A stretch of DNA of 64,000 nucleotides, from positions 12,710,001-12,774,000 of the forward strand of contig CM022670.1 in NCBI GenBank assembly GCA_012295275.1. The letters run 5' to 3'. Source of the DNA: Chrysomallon squamiferum. Lineage: Eukaryota > Animalia > Mollusca. A program made the position numbers and the translations under genes. The notes beneath the pieces were generated by a model. The model was not told where the DNA came from, ran no database searches, and was given only the letters and a program-made list of their open reading frames with translations. Positions within the stretch are counted from its first letter, which is position 1. Each line of letters begins with the position of its first letter. Of this stretch, positions 38,301 to 52,303 are shown piece by piece.

Positions 38301-39954
38301 ATACATTCGGGGTTTCATAAAGAAAAAAAATCATGAATTTAAAATTATTTTAGCACAGGGTGAACGTGTGTGTCTACTACAAGACTGTGTGCATCCTGTA
38401 TTTAACAGATGATAATGTGTTTGTCTAGTGCGTGCTGGGGGGCGGAGTGATCTCTCGCTACGTTACAAATATAAATAAATAACATATCAGAATTAATCAA
38501 ACTGGACAAACTGACTTTCGTGCGCAAAGACGTTTTCTTTATTAGGCTTCTTTAAAACAATCCTTATCCGTAACATTTTCAATAACTAATGTATTTCTGC
38601 TTGCTAAATGTCCCCACTGGATTGCCTTCACTCTCTCAGTACGTCTGACACATCTAGACGTTGGTGCTCCGCGCTTTCGGGCGGGAAATAACGCCAAAGG
38701 GCAGAAGCAGCACCGCCTGATCCGTCCCAGTGCCTCTGTCGGCAGAGCGGAAACTCAGCCACAGAGTTACGTCCGGTTGACGGCCAGGCGAATACAGATC
38801 GCAGTTTGATAGAGATGTGGGACATATTGAAACATAATTAGCACGCAGCTTGATTGAAGAGTTTTTAGTGAAAGTGTGGAGTCTAAAAATACTGCTGATT
38901 TCTGAGAACAGCTTTCGGAGAATGGTTAGTTCTGTGACTGGCAAAACATCAAGTCATGCTGACCTTAGGTCCAAAAAAAAATTTGTAAATCATGTTTTGT
39001 TTGTTTGTTGTTGTTGTTGTTTTTTCTGTTTTTTTAATCTTTTTTGTTAGGTTTTTTTTTGTTGTTGTTGTTGTTGTTTTTTATATTATTTTTTTTTGCT
39101 TCTTTTTTTTTTTTTTTTTTTTTTTTTATTTTTTTTTATATTTTTTTTTTTTTTTTTTTTTGTGTTTTATATTTATTTTAATTGTTATATATTTATTTGT
39201 TATTTTATATTTTATGTTTCGTAATTATTTTATCACTAATTAACTTGTTCTTGAATTTCTTTTTTTTCCGCTCCATAATCATCATTTTGAATCGTAGAAT
39301 TCCCCTTTTTCTTCTCCTTCCTGTCATTTTTCTTTTTCTAATTTACAAATTGATTTTTATTTTTTAAAAGATTTTTACACATGTTCCGTATCTATCTATC
39401 CTTGGCATTTGAGTTTTATATAGGTTTCTTTTTATTGATGTCATTTATCCATTCACTTTTATTGATTTGTACAATCAAATGCTTTCGAAAGTCCTCTTCT
39501 TTGCACTCATTTACCATTTGAATCTACAGTCATGTCAGATATCCATTAATCATTTCTTTTTTTTTCTCAAATAAAACACTGTTTTGACACGTTCTTTGGT
39601 CTTATAAATGTGTTTTAAAACAGCTGCTGTGAATATCCATTTCATCAGCTTAATAAAAAGGAAATAATAAATAAATTTATAAATAAATCTCTTTTTTATT
39701 TGTTTTTCCTTTTATAGAATTAAAAAAAGCTGACGCTGAATTGTTAAAATGCTTTTCTACCGTGCAATTGGTCTCAGGATGAATTCTGTCAAATGGTTTA
39801 CAAGGTACGTTCTGGTCTAATGTTCTGGTATATGTTTTCATGTTAAAAATGATGTGTTGTTTCACAGAGAGAGGTTCTAAAACCGCGAATCCACAGGTTA
39901 CACTTATAGATTAGTATCAAAGTTCATTTTCGTATCTTCTGGGCAGAAAGAAAA

Positions 39955-39989
<35 letters not shown>

Positions 39990-40864
39990 GATGTTATACT
40001 TTTCATTTATGGGACTATGACTTGGAATGGGAAATCTGTCATAGGAACGTCCAGAGATTATTGAGCCATGACAACTCGAGCAAAAGATCGTCTATCTAAA
40101 TATATTCAATTTTTATTATCTGTATATTTGATTGTGGAAATATTTATAAGATCTTTTAAGTAAATAGTGTTTGTATGTCTTATCTAGAACATAAACCAGA
40201 TTCATAATGTTATAACTATAGATTCATTATTTTTCTTCGTATATTTAATTCTTTTTTTACATATTCTTTCCAGAATGCAACAAAACCGTCAATCGCAAAC
40301 GCAGCCAAATTACTTTTGATTTGGATCTTTCTGGATCAGGCCAAGAACGCTTATTTTATTTGTAGCCAAATCAGTTCCTATAATATTAGGATGTGCTGAT
40401 GTGTAGGAAGTTCATAAAGTCTAATTATTCACTTTGGACTGACGATGACTGAAGAAATGGCATGACACATTCAGAATCTGATGATTCTTTCTGCGTATGA
40501 CTTAAGTAGCAATCGGTGGAAAGAAGAGGGCAAATTATCCCATCTGTCATACTTACTGTGCACCTCGTGGTAACCTGATAATGTGATAAATGCGAGAGTT
40601 ATCAGGCGACTTCTCTCACTCTCGCGGGCGGTCTGGTTTCATAGATAAAGCTGTGGTAATGGAATTTCTCTGAATGTCTGTCGACAGCTATTTTAAACAA
40701 TCCCAGCTTTTAGTACTTTTTTTTAACGCCATCACTGATAGTCTGAGTGATAAATATCAGGTTAATCGGGGTTTCTTTTTCTTTTTCTTTTTTTTTTTTT
40801 CTTTTTTATCTTCACTTTTTTTCTATTACGTTCTCCATTATTTTTTATTTTTTTATTTTATTTT

Positions 40865-40898
<34 letters not shown>

Positions 40899-41742
40899 CT
40901 TCTTCTTTGACTGATAACTTCTTTCAGTTTCCTTTTTTCCAAGAATTGTTATTGTCTTGTTTAGATTGTGTTTGCTGCTGTTATTTTGTAATGTTTTTTT
41001 TTTTCTAGGCGCTTGCTTGTTTTTTCTTCATTTTGGAATAGCTTTCTTTGTTTTTTATTCTACAATCAACAGAAATAAACTATCAATTCAATAAAATTTA
41101 TTATTTTGATCAGTCAACCATATTTTCCCAGTACTCTTCTCAAGGAAATATCAGTGTCAGGTAAATAGAACAAATTTAAAAAGTAATGATCCTATTAATA
41201 AGAAACTGGTATGAGGTACTGATCCTGGAACTGTTCGTTCATAAGACGACGACTTAACCTACATCAGAACCGTGGCCGTCGTGTCAGTTGCTGTTGTGTG
41301 AAACGCGAATAACGACAGAAATAATAGCATGCCGTAATGAATCAACGGAACTTATTCTTGCAGTAAATTCCTTCCCCTGGGTGTTGCATTGGGATTATTC
41401 TAGCATAAATATTGCTTACTGCTTGAGACAGTGCTTGTCGTTCGTGCATAAGAAGAAGCTCGCAGAGATGGGTGTTACACATTAGTTGTTGTCATGAACT
41501 GCTGCTTCAAGCACCAGTGTGCTAAACACCTTGTTTAATCGTAGATATTCGTGCAGTGATAAAGCTATATCATTCCGCTGCTAGATAAACAGAAAAGAAA
41601 GTGGATTTAACTGCTTCATAAAATGTCGATTTGAGAACGATATTTTGCAGTCGCTTTATTCTACCATCATCCTAAATACCTGTGGGTTTTTTTTTTATTT
41701 TTTTTTTTTTAGTTTATATTTAAACCAGTTCAAAAACAGGAA

Positions 41743-42330
41743 GAGATAGAGATGTATCTTTAAATAGAAATATACAGATAAACAGACCGACAAGGAGAGA
41801 TAGAGGTGTACCTATAGTTAGATGTATAGAACAAACACAGATAAACAGACAAGGAGAGACAGATATGTACCTATAGATAGATATATAGTACAAACACAGA
41901 TAAACAGACAGACAGATATGTACCTATAGTTAGATGTATAGAACAAACACAGATAAACAGACAAGGAGAGACAGATATGTACCTATAGATAGATATATAG
42001 TACAAACACAGATAAACAGACAGACAGATATGTAAACAGATAGAACAAACACAGATAAACAGACAAGGAGAGACAGAGATGTACCTATAGATAGATAAAT
42101 AGTACAAACACAGATAAACAGACAGACAAGGAGAGACAGAGATGTACCTATAGATAGATGTATAGTACAAACAGATATAAACAGACAGACAAGGAGAGAC
42201 AGAAATGAACCTATAAATAGATATATAGTACAAACACAGATATAAACAGACCTTCAAGGAGAGACAGAGATGTACCATTAGATAGATATATAGTACAAAC
42301 ACTGATAAACAGACAGACAAGGAAAGACAG
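41743..42330 (+). repeat. ~53-63-bp minisatellite (acagataaacagacaaggagagacagatatgtacctatagatagatatatagtacaaac), about 9-10 copies
   Basis: Tandem units visible, including a 112-bp (59+53) dimer duplicated at 41808 and 41920. Source of ORF 41871-42320. Confidence 0.93.
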
Positions 42331-42901
42331 ATAGAAGGACAGTTTGAGAGAGAAAGAGAGAGAAAGTCGGAATGACGGAGAGCGAAAGATATAAGACAAC
42401 AGATAAGGTGAATTTGATGAATGTCAGAGGTTAAAATGAATGCGAAACACCGTTTGAAACAGAGACAATAATTAATCCTGTGAAACTACGGTATCTTTAC
42501 TGAACTGCGTGTATGTAATTGCCAGAAGCCAGCCTCACAACTCATTTGTTTTTCAGCTGACAGCAGCACGGTTCCGACAGCATGAAAACCATCTACCGAC
42601 ATCTACCAGAAATCACACTTGCACGGTGCAGCTAAAACAAGAATCCTGTCCGTTTCGTTTAAAGTTAAACACTTGTACGTCATTCGCAGTACCAAAGCAA
42701 TCAAAGTAGGAATATTTAGTTACTTATTCTCGCTTTCCCCTGTGTCCAGCGTCCGGTTACCGCTGATCGTAAAAGTGAAAAGTGTGTATATTACACGTAA
42801 TTGTTAACCGAACAACGTACTTAGTCGATATGAATGATATTGCAGGGTCTCTTGTAGATTATTAACAATGTATGACAGACAAATGAGAGATGGAGACCTA
42901 T

Positions 42902-42904
<3 letters not shown>

Positions 42905-42982
<78 letters not shown>
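42905..42982 (+). repeat. (GA)n microsatellite
   Basis: Directly visible. Confidence 0.95.
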
Positions 42983-42985
<3 letters not shown>

Positions 42986-44562
42986 TAGATTGCAGAATAT
43001 GTAAACATAAATAAGCATTATTTTAGAACTGAAAAAAAATACAATTCCATAAAATGTATTTTTTCTCTTTCTCTCTCGCCCTTTCTGTCTGTATATCTAT
43101 CTATCTGATCATCTCTACAGAATTTTAACTTCATACTTATTCTACACAGAATAATTAGTATTACTATTATGATTTACATAAAACGAATTACATTATTATT
43201 TTTTTTTTTTTTTTTTTATCATTATTATTTGAGGCAGTTGTTTTTTTAATATCTCGATTTTATTTTTTAGAGAAAATGAGAAATAAATGTCGTTATTTTT
43301 TAATAAAATGATTTTTTAGTTTTTGTTTAATTTTTTAACTCGGTGCGAATTTGTTTTGCTTGTTGTTTTTTTCTCTTTTTCTTTTTTTTTTTTTTTTTTT
43401 TTGTTGCTTTTTTTGTGTTGCTGTCATCACCAGATCAGTGCCCAGTAATTACATGATGTGATTTCGCAATGAGTTCCTACAGCGAGATTCGTGATTGAGG
43501 ACAGTTTTATGTTATCGACAGAATCAGCGGTGCTGAGTGTCAGCCTCTCTTGGTTATTTATGGTGTTTTCTGTCTTTCGGTTAGCAACAAATATCAAGAA
43601 GGTAACAACTGGCTCACAGATTATGTAACACGTGCTGATGTCGATAAGGCCATGTTTGGACTTGTAAATGTTTTATGGTTGTTGTTGTTGTTTGTTTATT
43701 TGTCGTGGCATTTTTTTTTTTTTTTTTTGAATTCATATTCGTTTGATATTTTTAAAATATATTTAAAATATTTTCTTAATACTGTTAATTTTTTAATTTT
43801 AATTTTATTTATTTATTTTTATTTTTTGCTTTGTACATGTTTGTCAAATCTAAGGATAAAACTGCTTTTAATATACTTTACCAGCATGAATATATAGGGC
43901 ATTAAATCAGAGTCCCGTGCTGTTGATTTGTTAATTTCTTTGTAGGATATTCTATTAACATGCTACATTATCCAGATATCTAATGATTCTTAAATTACTG
44001 CTGGGTCCATTTTGATAGGATAGAAGAAAAAAAACACACAGACCAGGCAGGCAGACAGAAAGACAAAGTGATAATGTTCAACTGGGACAGTTCTGTATTT
44101 TAAGGATGTCTCGCACAACTCAGTGTTCCGCATCACAGGCCTGTTTCCATGGTAACACCGATATGATTTATATCAAACCAATATTAACTTGAAACTGCAA
44201 TCATTCTTCTGTGTCGTAAAAATCTGAATAAAATCAGTTTGAACATAAATCTTTGACTAACAGATATTAAATTTTTTAGTGTGATTATTATTTTTTATTA
44301 TTATTATTTTGTTGTTGTTGTTTTTTTTTTTTTTTTTTTTTCCATCGTCTTGTTCCTTGATATTGAAATTCGATTTCTAAATAAGGGATAAATAGCGAAA
44401 GGAAATAAATAAAAAAATACCACAATATGTAGAAAAATATCTTGTCTCATATAATATCTGCCGAGAAGAGAGAAAAAAAGGCATATATATATATATATAT
44501 ATAAAAACAACAAACTCAAATTTCGTATAAGCTGCATTAAACAGGCAACAAATGGTTAATAC

Positions 44563-44890
44563 AGATAAGCAGTAGACATTATCAAATTAAATGAGCTTAC
44601 ATATCAGCAAAAGCATGAAAAGGAAAACTGATAAACGCTAATATTTAAATACGCCGCATCAGATAAAGTTAGCACTAAAAAACGTTTATCTTTCTCTCTC
44701 AATGTGAGTCAGAGCTACATGATTATTTTATCTTTCAGTGTCAGATCTGAAGTAATCTCGGTCCACTGCACCCAAAATTTATTATAATCATTTTTGTTCT
44801 TATTGGTAGATGTTATTGTTATAATTTTCATTTATTATTATTATTTTTTTTTTTTTTTGTTGTTGTTGTTTTTTTTTTTTTTTTAATTTA

Positions 44891-44926
<36 letters not shown>

Positions 44927-45188
44927 GAGCTGTAACGGAAGTCGTTTGCTTTAAAATCTTAAGAAATCAGATCAGAACCGGAAGTTGTCCCAGCACAATG
45001 AATTGTTTCTTTCGTGGAGTAGTTAACTGATCTAAATGCATCGGAAATTGGCTTGTTTTATGTTTCACACATTCAAACTGAAACGGAAGTTAAACTGGTA
45101 CAGATTTCACACATCCTACGTGCACAGGAAGCTGATCTGTTTAAAATTTTAAAACACGAGCATTATTCCGGAAATTAGTCTTGCGCAA
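44563..45188. promoter_or_regulatory. Candidate enhancer: GATA cluster, AP-1, ETS cluster and C/EBP palindrome
   Basis: Six WGATAR sites (44563, 44579, 44629, 44661, 44686, 44728), TGAGTCA at 44705, GGAA-core ETS sites at 44935, 44977, 45041, 45083, 45124 and 45168 (all on +), and TTGCGCAA at 45181. Function is inferred from motif density only. Confidence 0.4.
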
Positions 45189-45385
45189 GTGTTTCGTCAA
45201 TATTCATCAATCCTTAAAAAAAAGAGGGGGAAAAAGAAACAAATGATTTAAACAAATAAAAAACATTATGTTCTTTTCAAACTGTCGATTGCCATCCGAA
45301 ACTAAATATTTTATCGCTTTACCAAGTGAAACAATGGTTTTCAGTCTGTTTCATCTACCTGTATATCTGTATATCTATCTGTCTG

Positions 45386-45439
<54 letters not shown>

Positions 45440-46029
45440 ACTGTTTTTCTCTCTGTGTCCATCTATCTGTTTCTCTCTCTGCATCTATCTTTCTGTCTAT
45501 TTATTTCTATTTCTCTCTGTCTGTCTCTCTTCTATATTTCTCTCTATTTCTCAATCTTTTCCTCTCTCCATCTGTCTCCATTCCTTAACTGTCCAGTGTC
45601 TGGTCATGTGTGTCCAGGAAAGACGTGCCTGAGCCTTCACTGAAATTGAACACGTAACAAACGGCGGCTTGTTTGCTGAGGCTGATTAAACCCAGCAGTA
45701 AGTGAAGTCAGCATCGCTCCAGGAATCGGTTTTGTGGAAAATTTCAAATGGAAGAACTGTACTGGAAACAAAACCAGAAAAAAAAAAAAAACATGATTGC
45801 ATAAAATAGTTTTGCGGTTAATCTGATGTTATTCGTGCTTAGATTCCATGTACTGATTCTGTTATTTTTAAGTGATGTTGATGTTTATGCTGCTAGAGTG
45901 TTCTTCGTTTGTTTTGTTTTGTTTTGTTTTGTAAGTTTTTTTTGTGGGGTTTCTGTGATTATTATCTGTGTATGTATATATTTGTATTATATCGTTTTGT
46001 ACGTGTGTATTTGTAAGTATCTATATATT

Positions 46030-46275
<246 letters not shown>

Positions 46276-47419
46276 ATTATTTTTGTATATATGTATAACA
46301 CATAACGAAGCTAATGGTCTTTATAGTAACGGCAATGACATTAATGATCATCAGCTTCATTATCTCTGACATACATATACAAAAATAAAACATATTAATG
46401 ATATTTAGGAGGAAGGGCGTTGCAGTGATAACGGTGGTGATACCATTATGGTGATCCGAAAATTAAATATAATCAGAAGAAACGTATTTTTTCCTTGTAA
46501 ATAAAATATTCAGACTGATAAATAATTTTCGTTTCGGCAAGATGAATGCAATATTAACTTGTAATATTAATCTGTTTTTGAATGCAAGTTAAACTGTTTC
46601 GACTGCAGTAATAACATCAGTGACAGGTGATACACATACAGTGAATAATATCAGAAGCTATATTTACGTTTGAGCAGAATATTATACGTTATAATATAGT
46701 AACTAGGTATTTGTAACAATGGTTTTCTATTTATACGGCATATGTGTACTTATTCTATATGTGTTTATTATTGATTTGTTCCTTTGTACGTACATCTGTA
46801 TGTAGCTCTACATATAGTTATCTTCTTGTGTGTGTCTGCTTATTTGAGTGTGTGTGTATATGTATGTGTTTAAGAGAGCTTGGTCGTATCTGTATGCAGA
46901 CATATCTCCATATTCTTTTCTGTATGTCTATGAAAGAATTAAGTAGTGTATAATATATTTGTGCTAAAATGTATCTAACTCTTGGCAAACCTTTTGAATA
47001 TGTTATATATGATGTTCACAAACAAAGGAAACAAGAGATCATATATAATTTCTACAAAATATTATTTATTTATCTTTAATTTTAATTGTTTATTTTTTAC
47101 TATTGATCTCTCGCTGTTGTTCATCTGCATGTATTTGTCTATCTATCGCTTTATATAATTTAATTTTTTCTTTATTTTCTCATTTTGTCCCTGTTTATGT
47201 TTTCAGTCATTCATTTGTTTAGTTGTTGTTGTTTTTTTTTTTTGTTGTTGTTTTTTTTTTGTTGGTTTTATTTAAAAAATTCAGAGACAAAAATAACTCG
47301 GTATTCTGATAATAACAGTTATGGTTAGTTTAGCTGTTTTTCAAATCCGCTTGACATTAATTTTTTTTAATTATTATTATTTATCTTCTTTTATTTTTTT
47401 ATTTTATTTTATTTTATTT

Positions 47420-47453
<34 letters not shown>

Positions 47454-47707
47454 TATATGAATATCGACTGTTTCAAATGACATGCATTTGATAATAATTA
47501 CCCGTCGGTAGCAGTAAAATTATCAGAAAAAAATTATTGATCAACGAAATAATTAATTTACCTGTCTTCCACTTCAAAGGAAATACCTGGAAGCGGCCGA
47601 GATCAAAAGAACTGAAATAAAACAAACATAATGGTGAGTATTTTCAGGTTTGATCAATGCTAAATGACTAATACAATAATAACACCGTTTTATTTTAATA
47701 CGTTATT

Positions 47708-47746
<39 letters not shown>

Positions 47747-48482
47747 TTTGAAATATTTTAAATATTTTAATTATTTTGAAGATTTTTATTATTTTGAAGA
47801 TTTTATTTTCTTTCTTTTTTCTTGATAAGGGGTTTATACGCAACTTCCCTTTTCTTTTGCGTTCATTCTTTCTGTGTGTTTGTGTGTGTGTGTCCCTTTC
47901 CACAAACAGTCCTAATTGCATCCTGTCGCTTGACCATTTTTCACGCACACTATCAGATCGGAAGGAAGAGTATGATGTTCTGCGTTTAATGGCTTCCTTG
48001 CGCTCTCTGAACGTTCAACGATCCGCAAGGAAATGAACCACTGATGTCAGAGACACGTGAAAAGTGTTTCTGACGTCAACATACGCAGCACGCTGAGAAG
48101 TCCGAGTACTGTCTGGCGGAGAACAGTTCAGATGGACATGTGGCTGGATGGACGTCACTGGTTCTTTGGTAGAGATAGGTCTATATAACGCTGGTTTTTG
48201 GGGTTTTTTTGTTGTTGTTTTTGTTTGTTTGGTGGGGGTTTTTGTTATTGTTTTTTGTGTGTTTTTTGTTTTGTTTTTGGCTAATCTTTGCCAACAGTAC
48301 GGTGGGCAACGATTCCGCCTAGTAAACTCATTTAACAATAACTGTGATTTTACATTCCTCCAGATCGGTCTTTTTCGACTTCGCTGGTTCCATAAGCACG
48401 CTGCGAGAATAAACTCAAGACCCCTGTGATAAAACCACCGACTCGGAAATCTTCGGACATCTTTGTATCGACCTAAATAATG

Positions 48483-48536
48483 ACGTGACAGTCAGCTGAT
48501 TAACACGTGACAGTCAGCGTATTAACACGTGACAGT
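48483..48536 (+). repeat. 22-bp tandem repeat (acgtgacagtcagc-nn-attaac), 2.5 copies, carrying CACGTG and TGACAG motifs
   Basis: acgtgacagtcagctgattaac / acgtgacagtcagcgtattaac / acgtgacagt. Confidence 0.85.
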
Positions 48537-50051
48537 TTCGCCAGTGGATACGTGGGCTGCACACTGAGTTACCTTGAAACAGCACAGTTAGAACAAAATG
48601 ACAGATCTGTAAAGCGTTAAAAACAAACAAAAACGGTTTAATGATCCTTTGTGATATCTGCTTTGTATGATATTAGTAACTGACAGAATTGTGTTATTGA
48701 AAAACTAAAAGAGACAGAAGCTGGTAACAGATTGTGTAGAATGAACTGTATGGAAGTAATTTGACGCGGCTACGTGCACAGTAACATCTATGTGCCCATA
48801 CAGACAGCCAGTGTACAAACAACATGCACAATGCTGTTTTGTTTTCTTAGATACCTGTTAGTACAGATACACTCATACAACCATAAATGCACGCTCACTC
48901 ACAAAACAACAAAAGATCATACACAGGCATCTTTTGTATAGATGGATTCTCCGTGTAGCTTGCAAATATATATTCTCTACCCATTAAGGATTTCTTCTTA
49001 AAAAATTAATATCAATTATAACTAATAAATCAAAATCTTTCATATTTAAATATATAAATGTTCAAGGTTTTGTCGAGTGCAGAATTGTAATAACATTTTT
49101 TTATTTTTTATTTTTTTTTTTTTTAGCTTCTGCATTAATGGTACGTACATTTTATTTTTAACAGCCATTAACTTTCTCCGAAACTCTGTAAATAAACAGC
49201 TTACGATCGATACAGCTTATCCGCTTTAGCAAATAACATAATACTGCTAGTTATTACAGAAACCTAGCCACACATTAAATTAATATTACATTATTCACCC
49301 CCGACATAAACTGCCTTCGATATGGGCTCGAGAACAATTCCCTTTGCATGCACGGATTTCGACGCCATGTAATTACAAAACCTCCAACCAACTGTCGTTG
49401 TTTCCGGCGTTGCAGCTGCCGCCGTATATACGAGAAATAAATGAAACTAACCCGACTTGAGCGTATCTCGAAGTGCGCGTTGTCGCTGGTTTATTTAAAT
49501 TGAGGTCTCTCTCTCTCTCTCTCTCTGCATCAGACTTTGTTTCAAATGTTTTTGTGAGGTTTTGATTTTTTCACGTCACACCCAACTTGCCATTTAATAC
49601 GATTGGCGGGTCTGCTACGTGTTCCTTGTCAAATAAACCCCACACAAATTATATCCACTGACAATGTAAAATTAGAGTTTAAATTCTGAATAAATAAAAA
49701 AAAAAAAAAAAAAAAAAGAAAGAAAAGGAAGACATTCCCTGCTTCAGACATATGAAGGTGTTAGAATTAGGTCATCGTTATATCATTGTCCAGTAGATTT
49801 CTTTTTGTGTGTCATTTTTTTTACTTCTCTGTTGTTGTTGCTGCTGCTACTATTGCTTCCCTTTTAATTTTTTTAATTTTATTTATTTAATGAATACAAA
49901 TAAATGTTTTCACATTTTCTTCTTGCTAGAGCGATTTAGCGTGTTTCTTCTTTACAGTACTGTACAAAAAATAAGCACATAAATTATTTGACATATAAAA
50001 ATCCTATAATCCTCTATATGCTATTAGAAAGTTTTGCATTTCAAACTGTAA

Positions 50052-50102
<51 letters not shown>

Positions 50103-52127
50103 ATAAAACACATAACTACATTTTAATGGCCTTAATCTCACCACCGGTGCAAAATCCTCAGTTATTTCTAATCAAAATTCTGCTCACTTTGAATCTGACA
50201 ATATTTCCTTGGTCCTAATTAACAACCTACAAATTATTGTTGGCTACATGTATCTCTCGGTTGTCATGGCAATGCAACATTAACGCTTTGGTGCCTTTTT
50301 TTTCTAGTGGTAAGCTGCTCGAGTTAACCAAACGTAAAAGATTTTTCTATTTTTTACGAAATAAAACACTGCGCCTTTGACAGTGTTTCCAAAAATCCAT
50401 CTTGTAAGCCTTTTGTTGTTGTATTTAATGGCGTCCGTGCGTCCGATTTATGTAATTGGTTTTCTGTTCTGAATTTAAGAGAAGATCGATTAAAATTGCC
50501 ATGGTCGATTTTTTCTGAACGAACGTTATAATTAATCCTTACAGAATTTCTATTTCTTTTTTTCTTTTTCTTTTTTTTTTTTTTTTTTCAATTTATTTGT
50601 TTTATTTTATTTATTTATTTATTTATTTATTTATTGTTCTTATCTTTTGCCCATTGTTGATCTCATTATGAAAATAATTAGCAACCTCTGTCTTCTCTTT
50701 GCTGTTGTAATTGAACGCCGAAAATCGATATTTGATGGTGATTAATTTTCATATTACAAGCTTAGTTTAGAAAAAAAAAAAAAAAAAAAAAAAAAAGGAA
50801 AGAAGGTCGAGATGGAAAGAAAAATAAATTACTACGTATGAAACTAAACAGTAAGAAAAAGTGAACGAATGGAAAGGTTGAAAGTCGCAGAACTGTTACT
50901 AACAGATATTCGTAGAGATAGCTAATGAATGGATGTACACGACAACAGATGAACGGATGATGCAAGGACGAACGAACGGGATATCAGGCCGTATAAAGAT
51001 GAACAGTATTGTCGTCAGATAGACAAAGATATAAAGATACAGACAAGTAGATATATATTTACAGAGAGGCAAACCTGCTATTATACACAACCTAATTCAT
51101 GACATACAAACCTCGATTCGTCCCTTTTTCTATTTTCGTACCTCAGAAACGCTTAGCACCTACAAGAATACGTCCCGCTTCGCCGCATCCGTAAAACTTT
51201 AAACAATGATTAAGGACAGTTTTGTACCAAATGTGTCTTCGAACACTAACTGAAGGTTGCAGGATGGTATCAATGGGTCACGTCTCTGAGGGTTTGCTCG
51301 TTATCTCTTCAAGCCGATGATTAAGTGGGCGACCAGTGTTATCAAAATAGCTAGTACTGATGATTTCCACATGGCCTGTTAACAGTTTGTGTTCGAGACT
51401 ATCTCCGTTCTTCCGATCAGTTTTAAAAATACAGAATATGTAAGTGATTGCCAGACTGGAATCATTCTTGAATAGTTAAATAAATTATTTTTAATATAAT
51501 TTTTTTTTTTTTTTTTTTTTTAAATGAGAGAAAGAAACAACATGCTTAATCTTTTTTTTTTTTTTTTGACGCTAATATTATTTGATACTGTCTGGATTTG
51601 TTTGAATAGTTCGTGTGTTTTGAAAACGAAGACGAAAGCTGTAATCATGGCCACAAACTGGATTACATTTTATGCTGCTTGATCTAATAATATTTCATAA
51701 AAAACAATAATAATAAATCAAAAGAACTGCAATGATTGGTGTATTGTTGTCATGGTAACAAGCGATACAATAATTTTTATTCTGTAATCGTTGAAACTTT
51801 TCATTAATTTCACTAAAACAAAATGAACAAAAAAAATTAAAATCAATAAAATCAGTGAAACTCAGCTCTCCAAATAAAATAAAAGTAATCACAGAAATAT
51901 TTTTATTTTTTTAAATTTTATATCGCGTTGAAAAACAAAGTAATAACGAATGATGGAATGTTTGATTTACAGTAATTTTAATATCTGTGTAGTTTTGGAA
52001 AATCGTTGGATTTTTAATTTCATCACGACATCTTCAGTGCATTTTAGTATAATGTATTAACTGGATTATTAATTATCTCAATAACATGCTTTCTAAATTA
52101 ATTTTAAAAACAATACAAAATGTGTAG

Positions 52128-52303
52128 ATATAGTACAGCATAGCATAGCATAGCATAGCATAGCATAGCATAGCATAGCATAGTATAGTATAGTATAGTA
52201 TAGTATAGTATAGTATAGTATAGTATAGTTTAGTATAATACAGTATAGCATAGTATAGTATAATATGGTATGGTATGGTATGGTATGGTATAGTATTAGC
52301 ATA
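52128..52303 (+). repeat. Pentanucleotide satellite (TAGCA)n(TAGTA)n(TGGTA)n
   Basis: Directly visible. Successive variant blocks keep 5-bp phase. Confidence 0.95.
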
